Source: a virus (Duplodnaviria > Caudoviricetes). From it: DNA of 53,537 nucleotides. This document shows positions 18,933 to 29,590 of the stretch, one piece after another. Both the position numbers and the translations under genes were made by a program. Within the stretch, counting starts at the first letter, position 1, and every line of letters begins with the position of its first letter. The notes under the pieces were generated by a model that was given only the letters and a program-made list of their open reading frames with translations, was not told the DNA's origin and did no database searches. The DNA lies in IMG/VR virus record IMGVR_UViG_3300009467_000020, positions 1-53,537 of that record; one strand, 5' to 3'.

Positions 18933-20393
18933 ATGGGACAATTTGGAGCGGGTGATCCGCTAGGCGCATTTAGCATCACGCCAATGCCATCAAAAATGGC
19001 ACTTGAGAGTAATTACTTAAGTTTTACAGATGCAGGAGGAAACTCAAATAACTTTGCACAGCAGTACTTACCAGAGCTTTATGAAGCTGAGGTAGAGCGT
19101 TATGGAAACAGAACTTTGTCTGGATTCTTACGTATGGTTGGAGCTGAAATGCCAATGACTTCTGATCAAGTTATTTGGTCTGAACAAGAAAGATTGCACA
19201 TCGGTTATGAAAGTGTAGCTGGTGGAACAGTAACTGTTTCTGCATCTACAAGTGCTGAATCAACTATTACTTTTACAGGAACTGCATTGGATGCCAATGG
19301 AAAGCATGCGATACGCCTTGGAAACACTCTTGTAGTAACAAATCCTGCAACAAACGTTACACTTAAGTGTTATGTAACAGCTGTTACTGATGCTACAGTT
19401 AATGTTAAATCATATACTACGGCTAATTTAGCAACTATTGGAGAGTCTACTGTGAACCTATTTGTTTATGGTTCTGAATTTGCTAAAGGAACACTAGGAA
19501 TGTCTGGTTCTCTTGACGCACAATTCAAACAGTTCAATAACAAACCTATTATCATTAAGGACAACTATGAGATCAACGGATCTGATACTGCTCAAATTGG
19601 TTGGGTTGAAGTTGCTACTGAAGATGGAGCATCAGGATACCTATGGTATTTGAAGTCTGAAGGAGAAACAAGATTGCGTTTCCAAGATTACTTAGAAATG
19701 GCAGTTATTGAAGGAGAATTAAAATCTGCTACATCTACTGCTCCAGTAGGAGGTACTCAGGGTTTATTCTCTGCTATCGAAGAAAGAGGTAACGTGTATC
19801 AAAACTATGCAAGTGGAACTGTAGCTCCAAGTACTGGAAACAGAACAGCTTTGCAGGATTTTGATTTTATTCTACAGAATCTTGACAAGCAAGGTGCTAT
19901 TGAAGAAAACATGTTATTCTTAGATAGAGCTACTTCTTTGAATTTTGATGATATGTTAGCTGCTCAGAACTCTTATGGAGCTGGTGGTACTTCTTACGGG
20001 GTGTTTGAAAACTCTGAAGAAATGGCACTGAACTTAGGATTTGATGGTTTCAGACGTGGTTCTTATGATTTCTATAAGACTGATTGGAAATATCTAAATG
20101 ATGCTACAACTAGAGGCATGGTAAACAATGTCTCAGGTGTATTAGTTCCTGCTGGAACAAGTACAGTGTATGATCAAATGTTAGGTACTAACATCAGACG
20201 ACCATTTCTACACGTACGATACAGAGCTTCTGAAGCTGATGATCGTAGAATGAAGTCTTGGATCACGGGATCTGTTGGTGGAGCTGCAACTTCTAGTTTA
20301 GATGCAATGACAGTTAACTTCCTATCTGAGAGATGTTTGGTTACTCAAGCAGCTAATAATTTCGTATTATTTACTGCTACTAACCCAGCTTAG
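18933..20393 (+). CDS. major capsid protein
   Basis: 486 aa with strong codon bias, after the scaffold gene and followed by a terminator; QQYLPELYE...ERYGNR motif. Confidence 0.8.
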   Translation: MGQFGAGDPLGAFSITPMPSKMALESNYLSFTDAGGNSNNFAQQYLPELYEAEVERYGNRTLSGFLRMVGAEMPMTSDQVIWSEQERLHIGYESVAGGTVTVSASTSAESTITFTGTALDANGKHAIRLGNTLVVTNPATNVTLKCYVTAVTDATVNVKSYTTANLATIGESTVNLFVYGSEFAKGTLGMSGSLDAQFKQFNNKPIIIKDNYEINGSDTAQIGWVEVATEDGASGYLWYLKSEGETRLRFQDYLEMAVIEGELKSATSTAPVGGTQGLFSAIEERGNVYQNYASGTVAPSTGNRTALQDFDFILQNLDKQGAIEENMLFLDRATSLNFDDMLAAQNSYGAGGTSYGVFENSEEMALNLGFDGFRRGSYDFYKTDWKYLNDATTRGMVNNVSGVLVPAGTSTVYDQMLGTNIRRPFLHVRYRASEADDRRMKSWITGSVGGAATSSLDAMTVNFLSERCLVTQAANNFVLFTATNPA

Positions 20394-20411
20394 TATTAAT
20401 TATTGTGATTG

Positions 20412-20460
20412 TTACCCTCGTCTTTTAGGCGGGGGTAATTATTACTTTTACTTATTTTTT
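20412..20460 (+). terminator. Rho-independent terminator after the capsid gene
   Basis: TTACCCTCGTC-TTTTA-GGCGGGGGTAA hairpin (with G-U pairs) followed by a T-rich tract. Confidence 0.65.
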
Positions 20461-20480
20461 TTATTAAATTTTATTATATT

Positions 20481-21269
20481 ATGGCTACAAAAGCAAATAC
20501 AACAACAGCAGCAAAAGCTGCTTCACCTAAAAATACGTGGGAAATTAAAGATAGAGCATATTATCTTCTTAATGGCAAATCACCAATAACATTAATACTA
20601 GCTAGTAAACATTCAAGCCAGTTTCCTTTAATGTACTTTGACGAGAACCTTGGGTACGAAAGAGAATTGCGATATGCTACAAATCAAAAATCTCCATTTG
20701 TAGATGAACAAACTGGAACAGTTACCGTTGCGCACATAGTATTTAAGGACGGTGTGTTATTTGTACCTAAAAAAATGCAGGCATTACAGAAACTACTGTC
20801 ATTATATCATCCTCAAGCCGGTAAAACATATGCGGAACAAGATCAGGTTGCAGAAGCTATTGACGAATTAGGAGATTTACAACTTGAGATTGAAGCGCTT
20901 AATTTAGCTAATACTCTTGATGTTGATCATGCTGAGGCAATACTAAGAACTGAAGTAGGTAGTGCAGTAGCAAGTATGTCTTCTAAAGAATTAAAAAGAG
21001 ACTTAATGCTTTTAGCAAAAGACAACCCAGCTTTATTCATAAGCCTAGCGCATGATGAAAATGTAGAGCTTAGAAGTTTTGGTATTAGAGCTGTAGAATC
21101 TGGAATTATTACTTTATCTGAAGATCAAAAAGTATTCAAATGGGCTTCTAATCAGAAAAAACTTATGACAGTTCCTTTTGATGAACATCCTTACTCAGCA
21201 TTAGCTAGTTGGTTTAAAACTGACGAAGGAATGCTAGTATACAAAAGTATAGAGAAAAAAACCTCTTAA
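20481..21269 (+). CDS. conserved hypothetical protein in the head module
   Basis: 262 aa containing RELRYATNQKSPFVDEQ; follows the capsid gene. Confidence 0.7.
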   Translation: MATKANTTTAAKAASPKNTWEIKDRAYYLLNGKSPITLILASKHSSQFPLMYFDENLGYERELRYATNQKSPFVDEQTGTVTVAHIVFKDGVLFVPKKMQALQKLLSLYHPQAGKTYAEQDQVAEAIDELGDLQLEIEALNLANTLDVDHAEAILRTEVGSAVASMSSKELKRDLMLLAKDNPALFISLAHDENVELRSFGIRAVESGIITLSEDQKVFKWASNQKKLMTVPFDEHPYSALASWFKTDEGMLVYKSIEKKTS

Positions 21270-21271
21270 CA

Positions 21272-21281
21272 TGTAACTATA
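21272..21281 (+). promoter_or_regulatory. candidate late promoter motif
   Basis: TGTAACTATA in the intergenic region. Confidence 0.35.
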
Positions 21282-21290
21282 ATTTATGAT

Positions 21291-21320
21291 GGTAGGCTGA
21301 CTTAACGTTGGCCTACCTTT
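21291..21320 (+). terminator. stem-loop (terminator or mRNA 5' stabiliser)
   Basis: GGTAGGCTGAC-TTAAC-GTTGGCCTACC 11-bp stem followed by TTT. Confidence 0.55.
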
Positions 21321-21342
21321 ATAAATAAAACAAAAAAATAAT

Positions 21343-22074
21343 ATGGCAATAAATGTAAATACGGTATATAAGACTGTATTATTAATACTCAACAAAGAAG
21401 AAAGGGGATATGTAACCCCAGACGAGTTTAATAAAATTGCTACTCAAGTTCAATTAGAAATATTTGAACAGTATGGCGAGGACTTAAATCAGCAACTGCG
21501 TGTACCTCAAACGGATACAGATTATGCAGATAGAGTTGCTGCTATTGATGAACACCTTTCTATATTTAAAACATCAGGCCCTGCTACTTATGTAGCCGCT
21601 GCCTCTCCAACACCTGCTCACTTTACATTACCAACTACTGACGTTTTTAATAATACGGTAGAGCTTTACAGGCTAGGTGCTGTTAACTACAAAGAAGAAG
21701 TCGAACTCCAAAGACTTCAAAGAATGGATTTTTATAACATTCAAAAATCTCCATTAACAAAATCAACAGAAACATTCCCAACTTACCTATTAGAAAATGA
21801 AAGGCTATTCGTAAAGCCTGATACTATTACTAGTAATATTAACTGTGATTTCTTAAGAAAGCCATTAGACCCTAAATGGGGATTTACAATCGGTGCAGTT
21901 GGACAATATGTTTATGATACCACATTATCTACTCAAATAGAACTGGATGTATCGGAACAGACGAGTTTTATATTAAAAACTTTATTCTACTTCGGTGTTG
22001 TAGTAAAAGACCCTCAAATCATTCAAGTTGCTGCTTCTCAAATCCAGCAAGAAGAAAACAACTCAAAAAGCTAA
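21343..22074 (+). CDS. head-tail adaptor / tail tubular protein
   Basis: Position and size; LNKEERGYVTPDEFN N-terminus and FLRKPLDPKW. Confidence 0.6.
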   Translation: MAINVNTVYKTVLLILNKEERGYVTPDEFNKIATQVQLEIFEQYGEDLNQQLRVPQTDTDYADRVAAIDEHLSIFKTSGPATYVAAASPTPAHFTLPTTDVFNNTVELYRLGAVNYKEEVELQRLQRMDFYNIQKSPLTKSTETFPTYLLENERLFVKPDTITSNINCDFLRKPLDPKWGFTIGAVGQYVYDTTLSTQIELDVSEQTSFILKTLFYFGVVVKDPQIIQVAASQIQQEENNSKS

Positions 22075-22080
22075 TAAGAT

Positions 22081-23250
22081 ATGCCAAATCCAAATGGTGG
22101 TTTAATAACCGAAACTAATGCACAGTATTATTCAGGTCAGCAAGGCTTTATAGGTGATGGTACTACAGCATCGTTTGTCTGTAATTTTAACACGGACCTA
22201 GCTAATGCTGTTGCTGGGGCTTCTAATGCAAACTACGCGGTAACCTTGAATGGTGTTATTCAGGTAATAGGTACTAACTTCACTATGGTAAACAATACCA
22301 TAACATTTAGAACTGCCCCTCTTGCTAACGATATAATATTAGTCACACTAAGTGTTAACGCACTAAGGTCTAACTATGGTGGCTATCAGTATACTAGCCT
22401 TAATGATATAATCAATAACTTTATTGTTGCATATGTTGGTGCTGGTAAGCTTATACCTAGCGTTAAAAGAACTGACGTTATATTCCATGCTAAACGTGGA
22501 ATGCAAGAGTTTAGCTATGATACACTTAAAAGCATTAAGTCACAAGAACTTACAATGTCACCTAGCTTAACAGCAATAATACCACAGGATTACGTTAACT
22601 ATGTTAGGCTATCTTGGATAGACGTAGCGGGTGTTAAAAGAATAATATACCCAAATAACAATCTAACAATAAACCCAGCCGAACCAATAATTCAAGACGA
22701 TACAGGTCTACCAATACAAGATGCATTTGGTGAGAACATAGAATCTGATCCACCTGAAACAGTTCAGAAGTGGAGAAAAGCTGATACAAGTAGAATATCA
22801 GGAGCATTTACTACTGCTCAATTAAATAAAGGTCTTGATTTTAATAGAGATTATTGGGGAGATAGCTTTTGGGGCGGTGTAAATGGCGAAAGATACGGGG
22901 CTGAACCTCAATTAACGCAAAGAAACGGTTGGTTTGGTATTGATGAGGTTAGGGGAGTGTTTACATTCTCAAGCAACTTAAAGGACGCTCTTATAACCAT
23001 AGAGTACATCTCTGACGGTTTAGCGTATGATTTGGATACTAGAGTCCCAAAGATGATAGAAGACGCTATGTACAGCCATATAAGCCATGCTATAATAGCC
23101 AGTCGAATTAATCAACCAGAATATGTGGTTAGCAGGTTAAAACGAGAACGAAGTGCAAAGCTTAGAAATGCAAAAATAAGATTGTCTAATATAAAGCTTG
23201 GTGAAATAGTACAGGTGATGAGAGGCAAATCTAAATGGATAAAATCGTAA
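22081..23250 (+). CDS. tail ring / structural protein
   Basis: IPQDYVNYV and IEYISDG adaptor-like motifs with a GDGTT...VTLNG...TITFRTAP beta insert. Confidence 0.6.
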   Translation: MPNPNGGLITETNAQYYSGQQGFIGDGTTASFVCNFNTDLANAVAGASNANYAVTLNGVIQVIGTNFTMVNNTITFRTAPLANDIILVTLSVNALRSNYGGYQYTSLNDIINNFIVAYVGAGKLIPSVKRTDVIFHAKRGMQEFSYDTLKSIKSQELTMSPSLTAIIPQDYVNYVRLSWIDVAGVKRIIYPNNNLTINPAEPIIQDDTGLPIQDAFGENIESDPPETVQKWRKADTSRISGAFTTAQLNKGLDFNRDYWGDSFWGGVNGERYGAEPQLTQRNGWFGIDEVRGVFTFSSNLKDALITIEYISDGLAYDLDTRVPKMIEDAMYSHISHAIIASRINQPEYVVSRLKRERSAKLRNAKIRLSNIKLGEIVQVMRGKSKWIKS

Positions 23251-23253
23251 TAT

Positions 23254-26200
23254 ATGCCAGAAGTTAAAAATACTTTTATTGGGGCTAAGATGAATAAAGA
23301 TCTTAATCCCAGATTGGTTCCGAGCAAAGAATATATAGACGCTAAGAATGCTGCTGTATTAAATTCAGAGAATGGAGACTCAGGTTTACTTCAAAACGTA
23401 GATGGCAATACTCTGCTTACTAGTCTAGGTTTAACTGACGAAAACTTAGAGATAATAGGTTTTTATATAGACAGAGCACTTGATAGAATGTTTGTTTTTG
23501 TAACTAACTGGAATGATACATCATTAGGTGATTCTACTAGGTTTGCTTCTGAGCAGTCTAGTCATTATATATGCATGTATAATATTTCTTCAGGTAAATC
23601 AACTGTACTAGTAAGTGGCAGCTTTTTGAATTTCAGCAAATCAAGCCGTATGCTTGGTATTAACCTGCTAGAAGATTTATTATTCTTTACAGATAATAGA
23701 AACCAACCTAGAAAGATAAATGTAAAGCTAGCAGCTGCAAATACCTCGTACTACACAGAAGAATCTAATATTTCTGTTTTAAAATACTTTCCTTGGAAAG
23801 CACCTCAGCTATCAAAGAATAAATTATCTAGCAATCAAACTAACAAATATCCTTTACTATTAAATAGTGAGTTTATAATAAAAACTAATTTTACAGGTGC
23901 TACAGATGGAACTTACACTGTATCGCCAGCAACTGACGGTAATGGTAGTGGCACTGAATTGAAAGTAAAAGTAGTTGGTGGAAAAGCAGATACCGCTACT
24001 GTAAGTGATCGATTTTCTGGCGATAATTATGCTATTGGTGATACTTTAACTGTAACGGGAATAACTGGTCAGGTTGGCGACTTAGTTGTTACAATTGGTA
24101 GTCAAAATATAGCTCAAATACCTACTTTACAGGATGTTATATCACCTGATTTACCTGGAGCGGTTAAGTTAACTAATGTAAAAAATCTGCTTGGTAATGC
24201 AGGATCAGGGTTTGTTGGAGCATTTGTATACGGTAACCCATTAAAAATTGGTTATAACTTAAATGCATTTAAAAATCCAGCTGTAATTTACGCTGCTAAT
24301 AATATAGTAAAACCTATTATTCTTACGCAGTGGGATGGTACTGGCACGCAAGGATCAAATGAATTTGCATATAGTACAGCAGCAACTGGAGTAGCACAAT
24401 CTGGAACTGGCTTGGTATTAAGCATTACAAATTGGGCCAATGACTTTCAAATTATTGTTGTCGAACGTGGTAGTAATTACTGTGAAAATCAAACAATTAC
24501 CATTACAAGTAATCAGATGCCAGGTCTATCTCCTATTGTGATGGACCTAACATTAACACCTAGAGTGGGTGAGAACCCATTTGAGAGTTTAACTATTCAG
24601 TCTTTTAAAAATGGCATTATAACAAGTAAAAGTTCTAGTGGGGTTAATAAGCTAACATTATCAGATAATATAACTGTAACACAGAATGTTGCAACAAATC
24701 CAGGTGGAGTATCTAGCGTTCCAAACACAATAGAATTTTCTCCGTTTTTACAACCTGGACAAATTGCTGTAGGTGATGTAATGACTATCGGAGCAAACCC
24801 TGATTACGATGGCACATACGATGGTGATAATGACTTCATATCAGATAAATTTATAAGATTTAGTTATAGGTTTAAATTTGAAGATAACGAGCACTCTCTG
24901 ATAGCACCTTTTTCACAAGCGGCATTTATACCTAAACAAGATGGGTATTTCTTAGAAGACTTTGTCCCTAGAGATATTAATGATGATACCGTTAACTCTG
25001 ATGAAAACAGGGCAATAAAAAGCACTATAATAGCGTTCTTTGAGAACAAAGTAAACAAAGCTGGAATTGTTATAGATATGCCAGAAGGAGTTGATACTCC
25101 TGCAGATTTATATGATAAATTAAAAGTTGTAGAAATAGATATTCTATATAAAGATTCAGATGAAACTGGAATAAGATTAATAGATACTATAACAAAAGAT
25201 GAGCTAATTGACTTGAAAACAAATCAATACATATATAATTATAAGTCGTCTATGCCTATTCAGACATTGCGTTCTGTAGATTTTTCTAGGGTAAGTGATA
25301 AAGCCCCAATAAGAGCCAAGGCTCAAGAGGTTGCGGGTAATAGAGTTATGTATGGTAATTACCTAGCAAGAACGACTAGACCTAATAGTCTTAGCTATAA
25401 CATTAGCGTTAGTCCTAAGCAGGCATATGGTACATATAATTCGTTTGATACGGTTCAGTATCCTAATCATAATTTAAAGCAGAATAGATCATATGAGGTT
25501 GGTATAGTTTTAGCTGATAAATTTGGCAGGCAATCCGATGTTATTACTTCTGACAATTCTACTGTGTTTAGTAATTATAGACAGAGTAGAACTGGTCTTA
25601 ATTCTTGGATGGGTGATTCTTTAAAAATATCTTGGACAAACTCTATACCCACTACAATTGGTACACCTGGGTATGCTGGGTTATATAGCGAAACAAACCC
25701 GCTTGGGTGGTATAGTTACAAGGTAGTTGTTAAGCAAACAGCTCAAGACTATTACAACATATATCTACCAACTATATTAAATAACACCCCAGCATCAAAT
25801 ACTTTAATAATAAACCCAATATCCTTTATTAGCGCTGGTGGTGTTCATGTTTTATCGGTTTCTTTAAAGGATGCAATATCTTCAGAATGGCTTGGCTCTA
25901 TATTAACTGGGACTGACGCTAAGTTTACAGCAGGTGATAGTGTTGAGTTAATTCAAATATCAGGTGGCGGTACAATTTTACATTTTGATAATACAGCAGC
26001 ACCACTTACTCTTGGAGAGGGTATACTAACTATTCCTAATTTTGATCCGCCAGTATCTCCTAACTTAGCTTATGTAACATTGTTTAGTGACAATATAAAC
26101 AAAGTGCCTAGAGACTTAAAACAAGTGGCTTCTGATGATATAACATTTTCTAGCTCTGTAGAAGTATATGGTAGAGTTTGGAATAATAGATTCTATCAAT

Positions 26201-27489
26201 ACAAATCTTCTAATATTCAGTTTTTTCCTAATGATAATAAAATATCAGATAAAATAACTAGAGTAGGTACTAGAGACGCATTAGGTTTAAATGAAAATTC
26301 AAAAGGGTATATAACTAGTACCTCACCTTTTAATACAATACCATCTCCGTATGAAAAAGGCGGCAATCCTTTTATAGGAGAGGTTGCAACACAGAGAACA
26401 ATTGGTGCTACTGGCGGTAAAGCAGTTAATCCGTATGTTACTTTTGAAAACGTTAGGTTAAACGTATATGAAACTGCTCCATTTGAATCCAATCTAGACA
26501 TATACTATGAATCTAGCTCCTCTGGTCTTATATCTGAATTAAATAGTTATATAGCTCAAGACTCAAGTGTTAATCAACCAGCAGGTCTAATAGACTGGTC
26601 TTGGCAGCTAAGAGAAAGTGATACACCTGGAACATATGTTAATTTAGCGTGGTTTGACGTTTCAAATTCATTAGGAGATAGTATTACTTCTAATAATCTA
26701 ACTGGACAAATAGCAAGTATAACTAACCCATCAGGAGCAAATTTTGGAGTAAACTTATTTACATTAGAAAGAAATGAAGATGCTGGGTCACCTGATCAAT
26801 ATAAGTTTAGACTAAAAATTAGTGCAAATAATTATTTTGTATTTAATAATTTAAGTGCAACAAACGATAGATATATTTTTACATTTAGGTTTACTAATTT
26901 AGTAAGTGGGATTAGCTACATAGAAAACGTTACAACTACTGTTGTAAATGAGTTAGATAATGTTGCGCCAGGATTCATAGGTGAACAATCACCATTTACG
27001 CCTTACCCAAATTCGCCAATAGAATTACGTACTACTGATACATTTTTAAAAGGAGCACTTGACGAAAGAACGTTTAACGGTACAAACGGGACGGCTAGTA
27101 CTCTATCAAGCGATTTTAAAGAAGGTTTAGAATGGGAAATAACTAATGTAGAGTTTTATTGGGACGCGAAAAGTGAATGGAGGCCATACAAACCCTACTT
27201 TAACTTTAGCCCTATTAATAATTTTGGTGCTTATATGACAATTGATAAAGATACGTTTCTACAGCCATACAACGATATAAATGAAACACTTTCATATAAT
27301 AGCATATTTACATGTTTAAATACTGCGTCACAAAGCGAGGGCGACGGCACTGGACTATTTAATATTAGTGCAAGAAACAATACGCAGTTTAGAGTATCAT
27401 TAAGACTATTTGATGCTAGTGGTATAAACGGTTCTTTATCTACGCCATCAACAGCTCAATTTACACTCATAAAAAATACTAATAGATAG
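23254..27489 (+). CDS. tail nozzle / stabilisation protein
   Basis: KMNKDLNPRLVP..EYIDA.N, LFFTDNRNQPRKIN, RFSYRF and GNRVMYGNY motifs recalled from Bacteroidota podovirus tail proteins. Confidence 0.7.
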   Translation: MPEVKNTFIGAKMNKDLNPRLVPSKEYIDAKNAAVLNSENGDSGLLQNVDGNTLLTSLGLTDENLEIIGFYIDRALDRMFVFVTNWNDTSLGDSTRFASEQSSHYICMYNISSGKSTVLVSGSFLNFSKSSRMLGINLLEDLLFFTDNRNQPRKINVKLAAANTSYYTEESNISVLKYFPWKAPQLSKNKLSSNQTNKYPLLLNSEFIIKTNFTGATDGTYTVSPATDGNGSGTELKVKVVGGKADTATVSDRFSGDNYAIGDTLTVTGITGQVGDLVVTIGSQNIAQIPTLQDVISPDLPGAVKLTNVKNLLGNAGSGFVGAFVYGNPLKIGYNLNAFKNPAVIYAANNIVKPIILTQWDGTGTQGSNEFAYSTAATGVAQSGTGLVLSITNWANDFQIIVVERGSNYCENQTITITSNQMPGLSPIVMDLTLTPRVGENPFESLTIQSFKNGIITSKSSSGVNKLTLSDNITVTQNVATNPGGVSSVPNTIEFSPFLQPGQIAVGDVMTIGANPDYDGTYDGDNDFISDKFIRFSYRFKFEDNEHSLIAPFSQAAFIPKQDGYFLEDFVPRDINDDTVNSDENRAIKSTIIAFFENKVNKAGIVIDMPEGVDTPADLYDKLKVVEIDILYKDSDETGIRLIDTITKDELIDLKTNQYIYNYKSSMPIQTLRSVDFSRVSDKAPIRAKAQEVAGNRVMYGNYLARTTRPNSLSYNISVSPKQAYGTYNSFDTVQYPNHNLKQNRSYEVGIVLADKFGRQSDVITSDNSTVFSNYRQSRTGLNSWMGDSLKISWTNSIPTTIGTPGYAGLYSETNPLGWYSYKVVVKQTAQDYYNIYLPTILNNTPASNTLIINPISFISAGGVHVLSVSLKDAISSEWLGSILTGTDAKFTAGDSVELIQISGGGTILHFDNTAAPLTLGEGILTIPNFDPPVSPNLAYVTLFSDNINKVPRDLKQVASDDITFSSSVEVYGRVWNNRFYQYKSSNIQFFPNDNKISDKITRVGTRDALGLNENSKGYITSTSPFNTIPSPYEKGGNPFIGEVATQRTIGATGGKAVNPYVTFENVRLNVYETAPFESNLDIYYESSSSGLISELNSYIAQDSSVNQPAGLIDWSWQLRESDTPGTYVNLAWFDVSNSLGDSITSNNLTGQIASITNPSGANFGVNLFTLERNEDAGSPDQYKFRLKISANNYFVFNNLSATNDRYIFTFRFTNLVSGISYIENVTTTVVNELDNVAPGFIGEQSPFTPYPNSPIELRTTDTFLKGALDERTFNGTNGTASTLSSDFKEGLEWEITNVEFYWDAKSEWRPYKPYFNFSPINNFGAYMTIDKDTFLQPYNDINETLSYNSIFTCLNTASQSEGDGTGLFNISARNNTQFRVSLRLFDASGINGSLSTPSTAQFTLIKNTNR

Positions 27490-27491
27490 AT

Positions 27492-29510
27492 ATGGCCACA
27501 GTAAGAGAAATATCATACTTCAATTCATTTGTAGTTAAGAAATTAGTTAGAGCTCAAAATGGAGCTGGAGGAGGCTCGGCTACTTGGCCAGGATTACCTT
27601 GGAATCCAACTGGATATCCTAACTTCCCATTATTAGCAACACAAGATCCAGCGGAGCAAATATATACTTGGTATGTTGAAGAATCTAGAATACGAGGCGG
27701 TTATAATAATGACCAAGTTGATTTAGGGGTTAGAGCATACATAAGAGAAACTAATGATTCTGAGCTAATATTAGCTAATGGAATAATCTATTCTGGATTA
27801 TATAACTCTACAACAGGATTTAACGATACAAATGTATTTTCTGTTGCTGAAAAAATAGAGAAACAGGTTGATCCAAGATATGGCCCTATACAAAAACTAC
27901 ATACAACTGACACTAATTTAATCATTTTTCAAAATGATAAAGTAAGTAATACCACAGTAGATAAGGATACCATATATACAGGTGATGGTAACGCAGTACA
28001 GACTGCATCTAATTTAGTATTAGGTACTGTAAACCAATATGCTGGAGAATATGGTATAAGTACAAATCCAGAGTCATTTTCGTTTAAAGGTAACAGGTTG
28101 TATTTTTCAGATAAAAATAGAGGTGCAATAATGAGATTATCGTTAGATGGTCTTACTGAAATAAGTGCATATGGTATGCGTGATTATTTTAGAGATAAGT
28201 TAGCTGATATATCTGAAACAACAGGATTTAGTCCTTTTGTTACCGTAAATGTATATGCAGGCCAAACTACAGGTGGGGCTCCATTTCCTACAAATTCTTT
28301 AGTGGTAAGTGATTCTGCTTCTGGGCTAGTGGGTAACCTAGAACTTGGCATGCAGTGCTCTACGTCCATGTTTGGCAATAGTAGCGTTTACGTTAATGCG
28401 AAACAATCTGTTGGTACATTAACAGGGGATTTGAATATACCTTCTGGCACGTCTTCACTAACTCCTGGAACTTATACAGTAATAACTGTTACAACATCTA
28501 GATACGTAGCAACACAGGTTGCCGCAACTGTCAACGTAATTGTTTCATCTGCAGGCGCAGTAGATAGAATTATTGTTCAGTCAGGCGGTACGTTTTATTC
28601 TGCTGGTGATGTACTTACAATACCTGGAAATTTAATAGGTGGAGCAACTCCCGCTAACGATCTTAAAGTTACGATAGTCGAAGCTAATTTAACTGCAATA
28701 TCTACTACGCACAAACGCGTAACATTTGATAGGGTATTAAATTATTTAGATCCATTTGGCGTACTTGATTATCTTGATTATAGCTTTTACAGTTTAGTTA
28801 GCGATAAAATCGTAGGTGGTTATGATAACTATTACGACAACTATGTTGTCTCAATGCAAAAATCATCTGGTACTTACGATACAATATCATTTGCTGATTC
28901 AGTAAACGGATGGACTAGCTTCTGGGATTACAAACCTTCTTTCATAGATACTATTAACAATGTATACTATTCAGTAGAAGGCGCTAATATATGGAAACAT
29001 TACGATCAATCGGTGATTAATAATAGAGGATACTTTTACGGAACTTATTATCCGTCTTCAGTAGAATTAACTTTTAATACTAATCCTTCTATTTCTAAGA
29101 ATTTTAATACAATTGGATACGAAGGAACTAATGGATGGCAAGTTGATTATTTCTTGTCTGATCCAACAGGTGCTACGATGTTATCGGCTGAAACTAATAA
29201 CTACAAAGATGAAACATCTTTTGTATACAGTTATGATGAAGGCGTATATACTGAAGATGGCGTAACATACAGAGTTGGATTCAATAGAAAAGAAAATAAA
29301 TACGTAGCTAACTTAATAAATAAAGGCGTGTTGATTAGCGGTAGTAATGAAAGCGTTGAGTTTGGTCAGCCTGGACAAGTAGTACCTGGTATTAGTATGA
29401 GCGGTATAAAAGGGTTTTTTGCAACTGTTAAATTAAGTACTGATGATACTACCGATTTAGGTGGTAGCAAGAACTTATTTTGTGTATCTTCAAACTTTGT
29501 TAAATCTTAA
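27492..29510 (+). CDS. tail protein
   Basis: YGISTNPESF...YFSDKNRGAIMRLS.DGLTEIS beta-propeller-like motifs. Confidence 0.65.
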   Translation: MATVREISYFNSFVVKKLVRAQNGAGGGSATWPGLPWNPTGYPNFPLLATQDPAEQIYTWYVEESRIRGGYNNDQVDLGVRAYIRETNDSELILANGIIYSGLYNSTTGFNDTNVFSVAEKIEKQVDPRYGPIQKLHTTDTNLIIFQNDKVSNTTVDKDTIYTGDGNAVQTASNLVLGTVNQYAGEYGISTNPESFSFKGNRLYFSDKNRGAIMRLSLDGLTEISAYGMRDYFRDKLADISETTGFSPFVTVNVYAGQTTGGAPFPTNSLVVSDSASGLVGNLELGMQCSTSMFGNSSVYVNAKQSVGTLTGDLNIPSGTSSLTPGTYTVITVTTSRYVATQVAATVNVIVSSAGAVDRIIVQSGGTFYSAGDVLTIPGNLIGGATPANDLKVTIVEANLTAISTTHKRVTFDRVLNYLDPFGVLDYLDYSFYSLVSDKIVGGYDNYYDNYVVSMQKSSGTYDTISFADSVNGWTSFWDYKPSFIDTINNVYYSVEGANIWKHYDQSVINNRGYFYGTYYPSSVELTFNTNPSISKNFNTIGYEGTNGWQVDYFLSDPTGATMLSAETNNYKDETSFVYSYDEGVYTEDGVTYRVGFNRKENKYVANLINKGVLISGSNESVEFGQPGQVVPGISMSGIKGFFATVKLSTDDTTDLGGSKNLFCVSSNFVKS

Positions 29511-29530
29511 TTGTTTTTTTTTAAAAAAAC

Positions 29531-29577
29531 TGTGACATTAGGCTATATATATTAGATAGTAATAGGCTATTGTCACA
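29531..29577 (+). repeat. 47-bp inverted-repeat element, copy 1
   Basis: TGTGACATTAGGCTAT...TAGTAATAGGCTATTGTCACA; 33/47 identical, ungapped, to the reverse complement of 52373-52419. Confidence 0.85.
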
Positions 29578-29590
29578 ATAATTAAATAAC

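Noticed and set aside
29531-29577. CRP binding site
   Set aside because: The TGTGA and TCACA half-sites are 37 bp apart rather than 6.
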